Origin: Phallusia mammillata
Taxonomy: Eukaryota
Reading direction: 5' to 3'
Length of the DNA: 64,000 bases
Assembly (NCBI GenBank): GCA_965637545.1
Contig: OZ281498.1
Span: 26,474,001-26,538,000 of the forward strand
Below are positions 12,250 to 22,883 of the stretch, in pieces. Both the position numbers and the translations under genes were made by a program. The notes under the pieces are model-generated. The model had not been told where the DNA came from and did no database searches. It worked only from the letters and a program-made list of their open reading frames with translations. Every line of letters begins with the position of its first letter. Within the stretch, counting starts at the first letter, position 1.

Positions 12250-12350
12250 AAGCAGCTCGTTAGTACAGTGGTTATGCAGGCAGGTAGTTAGGTTGAGAGT
12301 AAGGCAGACAGGCAGGCAGTAAATCTCCAATTCACTGGTTCGAACCTCTG
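12250..12350 (+). ncRNA. tRNA-like Pol III module 6 (long A-B spacing)
   Basis: A-box TAGTACAGTGG 12261-12271 and B-box GGTTCGAACC 12337-12346. The upstream ATTTTTTGGTGGTTGG resembles the upstream flank of module 5. Confidence 0.45.
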
Positions 12351-13355
12351 AAAGGTCGAAAGGCTGGATAGAAGTTCACAGAAAGTCTTACAGAAGGGCT
12401 GCCTGTCCGCTTGCAGAGGAACTGACTCAAGTGACGTAGGAAGGCTGCAAACCGACGTTTTTAGCCAACGGCTTCAACTGTAAAGTTGTTGTTTTTTGAC
12501 GCAACCACAACAAGTGTGCAACCACAACACTGTGGACATATGTGACCATAGCAACGTTACTTAATGTTGTAGTTGGATCGGAGTACGACAATTCTGGTTC
12601 TAATCCCACCGGAAGTCTCAAAATCTGCTGATAGGAAGTTGTGTAAGGTCCAAATCTTTTTGCTCTTACGTTCTAATTTTACAGATTTTTGTTTGTTTGT
12701 TGACCTCCCGTTACGACTGACTTGGGATCTACACTGAAGCCTATCCAACAATACGGAAATATGGGGTCTAACAAGAATAAATATGGTATAACGGCATCAA
12801 GCCAATGGAGGATAAAAATGACATAAAAAACGGCAACCTAAAATAGCGTATATTATAGCATAGAATGTAGAAGCATAACTTGAAAACATACTACAATGAA
12901 AGATGTTAAGTACAAACAAAGACCAAAACCAATAAAATTACAAAAAGACACAATTATGAGTCTTTAAATATGTAACCTAACATAGAATATAGTATAGAAT
13001 AACGAAACACACCTAGAATAAACACAGTGCTATATGTGTACACAAATTAACGGCAAAACAACGTTTTAAGTAAACAAATAAAATAACAATCAAGAAACAA
13101 GTATGAGTAAAACGCACACAAAAATCAGCAACAGTTAAATAAACGTTCAACAGTGTCTGTACGCATGCCAAAAGTTTGGTTATAATTCAGAACTATTAAC
13201 AAAATAATATAAGTAAGCATTGCCAAAATTGACGATGAACAAGAACTAAATTACATAAATATTTTAGAACGTTAGAATTTACAAGAAACGACAAAACGCA
13301 AAAATATAATTACGATACAAATGTAGCTTTAACTTATTCAACACACAAAGTTGGT

Positions 13356-15260
13356 TTTATTTAAGCGAACACAGAAATGTGAAAACAAAACACAAGTTCG
13401 ATGTTCTTCGGAAAGTAAGTTCTTCATCGGGAACAGAGCGTCCGCTGATTGTATGGTTATTGTTCCAAGTCTGAATATGATAGGAGTGCTTCAACTTGTG
13501 GCCAACATCGTCCATAGAATGAACTCCAATCTTCACTCGACATCGGAGCTCCTGAAACAGAAACATACAAGAGACAAAACAATGCAATTCCATACTTTCA
13601 TATAGATCGCTTAACATATTCGCAAAATACAATATACTGAAAGCTAGACAGTGTGCACCATGTTGGCTATCAGCAACCTAATTGAAAAAAGTAAATTGTT
13701 CGGCTATAATTTGCTGCATACAAACGCCTTAAGTTCATTAAGTGTTAAAATAATTTTAATAATGCGCTTACTTATTAATATGAATGATTTAACCGATGCT
13801 GACAACTGAATAGCCGCTCCAACACACAAGCGACATGCAAAACAATAAATGTAACATGCACAAGCATCATGCAAAACAACAACAGGCTTGCTATTCGTTG
13901 CAGCAACGGCTAAAGAGTCACAACTATTATTAATCCCATCTAATTCATTGGTTCATTTGTAAACATTTTATTATAGAAACTCCCGAACCGGCACTTATGC
14001 AGCAAAACGTCTATCTAAAAGAATATAATTCATGTAGATTTGCCTCAACACGTACCTGTATATAGTTCCAATTCATCCAATGGTCAGTTCAAGCGCAAAT
14101 CCGACTCCATTACGCAATGCCTTCACGACATACAGGAGATCTGCAGCAAAACACAAATATTAATATCTGACGAATTTTAGTGCATACAAAATAAAGTAAT
14201 AAAATTAATCACTTCTAACTCTACTCCTGCCTCACAGCTCTTTAGCTTACTCTGTGTTACGTTGTATCTGTAGATTTAACATTACCCTGGTTACTTAACT
14301 TATTAAGTATTTCCGATGTATGTAGTTCCCATTCATCTAGTGATCAGTCCAATGCCGATATTATTCCCCAGTGTCTTAACCGCAAACGGGAGATCTGCAA
14401 TAACCAATGTAAATATTAAAGTTCGATTGCTGTTGGTTTTAGAAATGAAAATAAAATAATATCAGTGCATATTTGACGCTCCGTTTGTTAACGCTTCTAA
14501 TCTTTACTCCTGCCTCACAACTAGTAAGCTAAACTCAAAACAAACGACTGTTACAAACCAGGGAACGCCAAATAAGCAACATAACATTTAACTTTCTGGT
14601 TACTTAACTTAATTAGGCCTTTCCGATCTTTCCATCTTCTTCGATCACTCCGCCTCCAGTAATTGTCTGCAAAACAAAATATAAGCAGTACCAGGAATTT
14701 GACATAACGTAATATTAATTACGAAAAGCTTAACTATATACCAACATGTGAAGACAGGATAAGTGCACTTTTATACTATTTCCCCATGTTGGCACCTACA
14801 TCTAATATTAAGTGATACAAGTTAATAGATATCATATAAAAATACATTTACTCGCCTGTTTTCGGAAGTGTGTGTTGTGTGCCAACTAAGCCCTCTTCCG
14901 TAAGAACGATGTTTCAGCGTCCAGCCAATCAATTCCCGAAGCCATCCGACGACCTGAAACAATGTGATCCAGCAGCAGTATATAGTGTATTTGAAAAGTG
15001 AATTAAACATAAACGCATAACTTATTATTACAGGTATCAGTGCGAAGTAAACAAGTGTGCACCCGAGTTTACTTCTACAAAGACACCAAACAAGTTGATT
15101 TACAACTCGCAAATTACCTGTTTATTCTCAATTAGTGAGTCGTCCCATTGACACAGCTACCTTCACCAAGTTGTTCACAAGGAATGACAGATCGAAGGCG
15201 CAAGGACAAAGTCGCCTCACTTTTTTTCTTTTTCTTTCAACCAATTAGAACGTTTCTTCT
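13356..15260 (-). ncRNA. Multi-exon putative lncRNA, unit B (inverted paralog of unit A)
   Basis: Exons about 15260-15118, 14953-14856 (GC donor AG|GCGAGT), 14666-14604, 14394-14295, 14140-14056 and 13551-about 13356 (AATAAA). Exon 1, intron 1 and intronic blocks align with unit A. No long ORF. Confidence 0.5.
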
Positions 15261-16799
15261 CAAACGTCATATGGGCGCTCTTCAACCGTCCAATGACAGG
15301 CTTTATTGCATCAATCAGTGAATTCCACTTCGGGCTGGTTGATTGATTACGAGAGGCAAAAATCTTGGAATGATTGGAGGCTGAACTGTTGTGACGTGGC
15401 TTGACTTGATTGGTTCTTGTGACACAATTGCTTGCTGGTAGAGTCCGAAGTTCGTTAGGATTTGTAACCAAACAGCACAAATAGGTTTAGCCATCCGTTT
15501 AATTGTCCCGTTATCGTAAAAATGTAATGCAATTTCATTAAAGGAAAAGTTTTATTTTACTTGGTGTGTTGTTGCGTAGACGAAATAAGTATTAAAAACG
15601 TTGTTATGCTTCGTTTTCCTTTTCCAACGACATTAAATTTTGTGCCACTGGGCGACTAAACATACAACCAGCTTCAAACATTCTGGCAATTAACATATTT
15701 AGAAGCAGTCTGTACATGTATATAGCTGCCTACTTCATATAAATCCAAAGCAAATGTTTAGCCCAGTGGCTCCCAAACTTTTTCGGCAAATTTCTCCCTT
15801 AGCAGTTTAAACATTTTCATTTCTCCCTAATATACTACGTAATAGATGCTAAACAATACAAAGATCATTAAACATTGTTTTTTTTATCAACTTTACAGGT
15901 TATATTTCCAGAGCTGAAGCGTCTATTTACAAAGCACATGTAAAAATTAAAGTAAATTTTCCCCTCAAGTTTTAAAATCCATCTCTTGGGAGGAATTCCT
16001 TCTTAAAAACAAGATGACAAGAGACGTCTGTGCTTAAATATAGCTGCTAATTTCTTTTCATTTGCCCTCATGACATAGAACTCAAAGATACAGAAGCAAA
16101 ATGTTTAATATTAAAAATGCAAGTAAGAAAATGAAACTATTTTACCACACTTTACAGACAGTAACATGAAAAACAAACTTAAATGAGATGAAAACAAGAA
16201 CATAATCACACATATGCATGGTTTGTCACAATTTGGTGTAAGAGTTATACCCACTTGTTCAACGTACTGTACTGGCATTTTCCTAAATTTTATTGTCTTT
16301 TTGACATGCTTTTAGTGCTACATTTTTATTAGTGACTTTTTTGTTGATGGACATGGTCTAAAAGAAATTCTATGTGTTGTTTATCTCTCATCTTTCAGAA
16401 GGGTAAGACACAGTTTTGTCACACAATATATCAGAATTCATTTGTAAACCAAAAAACTTGCTATATTAAAAATATTTAAAAGTAGACGGTTTTCAATGGA
16501 AACAGGTTCGGAAGCCCTTTGTGAGAAAAGTCTTGACAATTAGGGATGATTTATTATTTTTTGGTAATGCTAATATTATTAGAAGCCAACAAAAGACTTT
16601 TTACAAACCATTTCCTCATATGTAAGCAGGTTTCTGTCGCACGCAGCCACCACTATTATTTATCCTGTCACTACCTTTACATGTATACAGGAAAAAACAT
16701 AACAAAGGGAACAATGGAAGCAACAGTACGATATCACTGCATAAAAATATATATCGACGCACAGTGTAAGCCAATAACCCTGTGCAACCTAAGCAAAAA

Positions 16800-18911
16800 T
16801 ATTAAGGCAAGCAAACTATTTGTGAGGAGATTTCTTCTTGTTCTTCGCCGCTGCTGCTTTTTCCGCTTCAGCTTTTGCTCTCACTAAAATAAATACAATT
16901 TTTGCTTATTTAGATGTAAATAATGGTAGAACTAGCGCTAGCCTACTATGAAGCTGACATGTGCAGCATACACGGCAGGCAATGGTGCTTGTGATTCGAC
17001 TTTTGACAAGTTCACCACTGAGCCTGTACAGCTAAGTTGGTAAAGCGCCAGCATCTGTTTATTGAGGGAAGTCTTTGTGAGTTGTCGCCACATGTATCTC
17101 TCTTTAAAACCAATCAAGTGGGCTTTCCACGACTCCTCGCCGGGTACGATATTGTGATGACACAATGGACAGTGTTCCTGCTGACCTTCATTCGTTGCTA
17201 TGGAGATGATCAAATTATTTTAGGCTTTATTCTGAGAGCAAAAGTAAGCAAACAAATTTCTGCTTGGCTAAGTTAGCAACACCCAAGTATGCTACATTAT
17301 ATAGATAAAGTCATTTGATAACATTTTCATTTTTAAGCCAGTTAGGTGGGATACTGTTGGCATTTTTTTAAGCTCATCCGCCCTTCATTAGGTCTTATTT
17401 TGGGTACTAAACGAGTTGCTAGGCACTCTCCACACTGCAGAGGTGTGTGGTGAGCTGGTTTAGTCGCCAACAACCCGACTATGAAACAGGTAGTACAGTA
17501 CTGGATTACATATTTCCAGTAGCACGCAGAGCATGTCCTGACAGAGTAATGTATTTCCTTTCCATAAATAGGATAGTTAATTAATTTTGTGGCAATTTTT
17601 TTCAATTTCTGGTGAAACCCCTTTGATGGTATAAGTTGGTGCTGAAATCGCTACATTACAGGATGCAGAAGTTAACAATGAGCCTGTATAATATGTATTG
17701 GCTGCTTTATGTTTCTAAAACTGTGTTTGTAATTTAAAACAGTTTCTATTTTTGCTCTATACTAGAATATCAAAAGCATGTGCTTTCAGGAGTGGTATGA
17801 ACTTTTAGTTGATCTGTTTACAAGTCTGTACAATTTTTGCTATTCAATGATGCGTTTAAGGACCCCCAACCACCCCCCTGGAAGGACTCCTGTTCGACTT
17901 GTACATGTGAATATCAGGAGCTTGTGAGTATGTCAGCAACATTAATTTACCTGTTTACAGTGTTCACATCTCCTTAACATTGGACATTGTTTCCAGTAAT
18001 GTAAATCTAAACCTTCATCTGTAAATCCCTCATCTCTTTCACCACAGAAAATACACATGCTGCAAAACAAACAAGGTAGTTGTAGTAAAAGTAGGTAAAG
18101 ATGACATTTTTTGCTTGTTGGTATATTTTTCTCAGACAGAATAACAAAACAATTGATTTTCCGGAAAAAAAAACATCAAACTAATGTTGATTTTTTATAA
18201 CTTTGCATTAGAAGTAAGCAGCATTACACAAGCATGCTAAAAGCAGGTTTTGTGCCAAGTTTCAATACAATTTTTGCATAAGCAAGTACACAAATCAATA
18301 AGCATACAAACACTTTTAAATATTGATCAATCCATACTGTGACCAACATTGACAATTGAACAACTATTTTGTTTGTAACAGCTTACTAAGATGCATGACT
18401 GCAGGTTAATTTCAACTAGAGAACAGAAAATACACCTGCTACAATAAACAAACAGGTTAATTGTACTACAGTTGTAATTTCGGTTTGTTTTTCTCTGGGC
18501 AAGGTAATAAAAAATGATTTTCAAAAAACATCATCAACTGATTTCAATTTTACTATTATTTGTATGAAGAAGTAAATAGATTGATACAGCCTGATATAAG
18601 CTTCAGCTTTTATAATGGGATTTAAGCACATAAACCAATCATTATTAAGCAAAACCATATCTGATTTTTAAATAACATTCTAGATATGCATAGTACCAAA
18701 GCTACCAATTGATAAGCAATCACCTATTTTGTTTTAAACAATCTTACTTAAATGCACAATTGCACTGGGAAGAGTTCCTAACAAGTTTTTATTTTACCAG
18801 AGCACATGCATATTATAGCATAAACGCTTAAATATATACATATAATATTGCATAAAACAAATAAATTTGGAAACTTACTTGTCCAGAAACGAATCATCAT
18901 CGGCACTGGTC
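16800..18911 (-). pseudogene. CEP104: CEP104 C-terminal zinc-finger region, unprocessed gene fragment
   Basis: Exon 18911-18879 (…SADDDSFLD) splices in phase to exon 18059-17951 (MCIFCGERDEGFTDEGLDLHYWKQCPMLRRCEHCKQ). About 17190-17110 encodes EHCPLCHHNIVPGEESWKAHLIG, followed by an apparent frameshift. These match recalled human CEP104 ZF motifs (LCIFCGE…GLDLHYWKHC…RCDHCKQ; CPLCHENFSPGEEAWKAHL). No N-terminal exons found. Confidence 0.8.
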
Positions 18912-18913
18912 CT

Positions 18914-19562
18914 AAATAATAATATATTGCTTTAAATATATCCTATTTAACGTTCTTTTTCAAAGAAAAGAAGGAGTAAATAGTGGCATAATGGGGTAAA
19001 ACAAAAAATAGACACCTATGAATAGCAAATTCTACAAGCTGTCCAATTTTCATTCAATTCGAACATTGATAAAGGGTCACCCATTTTAGGGATTATTTGG
19101 TTGAATTGTGGTGTTACAAGGCAAAACATAACATTTGAAGACTTAGTATGTTCAATAAACTTTGCAAATTTCATATAATTAGAACGTTTTTTAAAAGTTC
19201 ATTTATTTTAGGGGGCTAGTTGAGTAAATGTTGAGGCTACAAGGTAAAACACATCAATCGAAACCTGGTAATAGCATAGTCCACATGCTACCCAAAATTT
19301 AGCCTATTCCGACACTGTTTAATAAACTCACCCATTTTAGGGGGCTAGTGGGGTAACTAATAGGGTTATTTGGACAAACAAAGTGGGATGCACATCTACA
19401 TAACTATATCTACCATCTGTGTACATTTCAGACAAATCCATCAAACATTTGATGGAAAAACGAGTCGGACAAACTTTGGGGAGAAGAAAACAAAAGAAAA
19501 AACAAACAAAAACAATTTGAGTAAAATCAATATGTGTCCCCTTCAGGGAAGGGGACCCATAA
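18914..19562 (+). mobile_element. Non-autonomous Helentron/HINE-like element
   Basis: Internal repeats (CACCCATTTTAGGG…), an A-rich run and a 3' hairpin GTCCCCTTC-AGG-GAAGGGGAC (19536-19556). The 3' terminus is identical to the element ending at about 62835. Confidence 0.6.
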
Positions 19563-20367
19563 CTATTTCCTCAACGACAACAAAACTGTAACTGGATCTC
19601 TGAACCAATTCCATACAAACCTCACTTCACTAAACTGGAATCGAATTCCTATTGTCTGCATTCTCTCCTGCCAACCAATTTGTTGGAAGTACATCGTTCG
19701 TGACAACAAACTTGATTCAGCGACATTCAAACATGCATTTTATACCTTTGCAGAAAAGTAGCTAAAAATATTATCGCATAATAGTGGTGAGTTATACAAA
19801 GATGCACAAAACACAATTTACAATCCTAGAAACAACATGCAAAAACTTTGTCTTTAACCAGAATCAAATATAGCAGATAACATATGGCTTTTTGTTTTGC
19901 AGTAGATCATACCATTATCAGCAATATTACAAAGTCTACATGCATTTATCCTTTATGTAGTAGGTGTAAAAGTAAAGATAGGAAATGCATTACATCACCA
20001 CATTGTGATTATTGCATTTTAAGCAGTTTCTGTTTCACAGTTCAAGGATTGACACAACTTGATCAGATCAGATTAGGCAAGTGTTGGTAAAAAAATGTGT
20101 TCGCTTTATATATTTGCTACATATAAGCTCATTAGTAATTTGTTTTGGATCATTTTTGGCCTACTTTGAAATGTCCAGCTATGTTTACAAACTTGTTTTA
20201 ACTCACCTTTGTAAGTAAAAATATAAAGTTCAGTTGCAAGCAGCTGTTTGATGTTTGTGAGTTTGAAACATTTTATACGTTCTTTTTTCTTTTTAACGAT
20301 TTACTATACACAACATTTGATCTCCTAACATAACTGTTTTTGCAAAATCGATAAGGTCTCCACACAC

Positions 20368-21054
20368 ATGTTTATGAGAATTGCTTACGATATAAAAATG
20401 GTGCAAGTATTTTTAGATTCTGAAGGACAAATTAGTAGAAAGCATCAAGCCACATTATTAACCTGCAAGTTTTTTTCATCCACAATTCTCCAAGATTCAC
20501 TTGGTGGAACGGGTAGGGCTGTATTTCGTGGAATCCAATCTTGGATCCTGAAAAACAAGTCACACATACTGGGTGTGAATATACTGAAGGGCCATTACGA
20601 ACAGAAGCATATGTCTACGCTCGTTAAAAAACCAAACATCGCACAATGTTTTTCGGTCATTTTTGCAGAACAACCTGTGCTACAAAATTTAGATATGGCC
20701 GAAGCAAAGTGGTTGGGATTGATTAACGCCAAAATAAACATCCAGTGCATGATACTACCGCGTGTTCGCTAAATTCGTTTTCCACGCATTCCCCTCAACC
20801 CAATTACTGTCTTATCTTTTTCTGTACCTCCGCTTTTTTTCTGTTTTGCAACACACCTGTAGCATACTTGACAGCCCGATAGTAAACAGTGCGGCGTTCA
20901 CTCTGGAAAGTTTCTTCACCAGTTGCATGTTATTCTGGTAGCTTGTTTTAGTATTTTATTGTTTTTACTGTTTTACTATGCTTTTATAACAGTATTGTAT
21001 TCGCTTACAGAACCGACGATGCCAAAACTTTTTGGTGAAATATATATTCTGTGA
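20368..21054 (+). mobile_element. Penelope-like retroelement 3' remnant (degenerate GIY-YIG endonuclease C-terminus plus terminal ribozyme)
   Basis: ORF 20368-20772 (…GTGRAVFR…HILG…CFSVIFAEQPVLQNLDMAEAKWLGLINAKINIQ…) resembles PLE endonuclease C-termini. A hammerhead motif lies about 230 nt downstream. Confidence 0.5.
21005..21054 (+). ncRNA. Minimal type I hammerhead ribozyme (variant core)
   Basis: Stem I TTACAGAA/TTCTGTGA, core CCGACGA plus an extra T, stem II GCCAAAA/TTTTGGT, GAAA, palindromic TATA stem III and a UA cleavage site at about 21046. Confidence 0.65.
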
Positions 21055-21325
21055 AATACTGTGTACAAGTACGGTTGATTCTGTTTGGCCTAGGATTTAT
21101 ACACTGGGTTTTGAATTATATTGATGTAAGAACAGTAATCACCGGAAAACTGCTACTGTAGGTGGATTTCAGTTCAAACTAGATTTTATTTTTTTATACT
21201 GAAGGGCATAGCAGATAAAATATGTTGTTTTGCAGTAGCTCATACCATCATCCGTTATATTACAAAGTCTACATGCAGGTATTTATCCCTCATGTAGTGA
21301 GTGTAAATGTAAAGTTAGAAATTAC

Positions 21326-21717
21326 TAGGGATGTGCCAAAACAGCAAATGTTCTGTTTGGTCGAGCACCGAGCATCTCACGTTAATGCTCGGTGCTCGGC
21401 CGAGCACGCTCGGTGCATTATGACATCACAAAAAAATCCCCTTTCTACGTTTTAGCTCTACAAGGCCTCTTACGTCACCAGCGGTGTATTAAGCTGTTAC
21501 AGGCCTCAGAAGTACACGTTTTTCCACAATCTAATACATTTGAAAAATCATTTGTAGACACCCTTTCGAACACTAGTTACTTATGTTAGCAAGGCATGGA
21601 TATGCAAATTTAATGCTCGGGTCAGTTTGTGCAACTACTCGGCCGAGCACCGAGCATCAAAAACAGCGATGCTCGGTACCGAGTACTCGGGTTCTGGCTC
21701 GGCTCGGCGCATCCCTA
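21326..21717. mobile_element. hAT-type MITE
   Basis: TIRs TAGGGATGTGCC / GGCGCATCCCTA and a perfect 8-bp TSD GAAATTAC (21318-21325 and 21718-21725). Confidence 0.9.
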
Positions 21718-22883
21718 GAAATTACATTACAGTACCACACAATATTAAACATATGAAATACATAATGGATATTATCACAAAAGAAGATTACAATAAATAT
21801 AATTAAATTCTGTCGCAGTTATGTTTTGATTAAACACAGTTGAAAGAATAACACAACTTGATCAGATCCGTATTATCTTACTATGTATGGAGTTGGGTAG
21901 GATTTATATTTTCTACATCTTGTGGTAAAGTTTTTTTCTTCGCTGACGACATCGATGTGTTGCAAATATCCTTATATTCCTTGTGTTGGGGTTTGAGTTT
22001 CGGTTGTGGGCTGGAGAAAATGGTGCAAACAAATAATATATTTGAAATGTGGCTGAAAATCAGCTGCTTAACTTGTTATTTGGTTTTATGTGTTACATAC
22101 AGTTCAAAACTGAAAAAAATAACACAAACTTTAGCTTGATAAAAAACAAAACTGCAACAGAGCTTGTGTGAAGAGAATACATTGTGTTGCAGATGTTTCA
22201 AAATAGCTGTTGTGAAAATTAAAGCAAGCTGTGGCATAACAGGGTGAAGAACAGATAAGATAAGTGTTGGCAACAAAAAATGTTTTCGCTTTATGTGTTT
22301 GCTACATATAAGCTCATTAGTAATTTGTTTTGCATCATTTTTTTCTTGGCTTTTTTAAAAAGTCCAGCTATGTTTACAAACATGTTTTAACTCACGTTGG
22401 TAAGTGAAAGTATAAAGTTCAGTTGCAAGCAGCTGTTTGATGTTTGTGAGTTTGAAACATGAAAATGTGCCATGAATTCGATGAAGCTTTTGTGGATTTG
22501 CTTTTCTAAACATAAAGATTATTAATTTAAAACAGCAATAATCTTGTGCTCACAGAAAATGGCAAACAATACAAACAGTACAAAGCTTTGTATGTTAAAA
22601 CTAAAACACTCCCTAATACAATTGGTCTTGCTGTTGTTGTTTTTATTTCAAGCCCCAAATATTCTTAAATCCCTCTACCAGTAAATAAGTGTGTAAATAA
22701 CATGTGACATCAGCACATAAAAAGGGAACTAAACCATTGGAGGTACTAAATAGTGCATGATATTACATGGTAATTAGTTTTAATTGAAAAAACCAAAAGC
22801 GTTGACAGTTAAAGCTATTCGGATTGAGGTGAGTATTTGTAATTGAAACAAGACACAAAAAGGACAAGAAAACTGTTTTTTAC

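Larger units (their letters stand above)
19880..22460 (+). repeat. Degenerate direct segmental duplication (about 19880-20280 vs about 21205-22460, the latter with insertions)
   Basis: Shared blocks TTGTTTTGCAGTAG.TCATACCAT…TTACAAAGTCTACATGCA and GCTACATATAAGCTCATTAGTAATTTG…GTTTGTGAGTTTGAAACAT. Confidence 0.75.

Noticed and set aside
10723-12350. Functional tRNA genes
   Set aside because: A and B boxes are present, but acceptor and anticodon stems do not pair.
14213-14240. let-7-like sequence (TGAGGCAGGAG…)
   Set aside because: It has a seed mismatch and is not located in a pre-miRNA stem arm.
15765-15995. hAT MITE starting CAGTGGCTCCCAAAC
   Set aside because: No matching right TIR or TSD was found; at most a truncated relic.
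17342-17605. Cys-rich 87-aa ORF as a separate zinc-finger gene
   Set aside because: It lies within the decayed CEP104 region and has no recognisable family spacing or start context. It may be a frameshifted remnant.
17860-17930. LVHVNIRSL motif resembling an L2/CR1 endonuclease start
   Set aside because: The match is too short and no further endonuclease or RT motifs follow.
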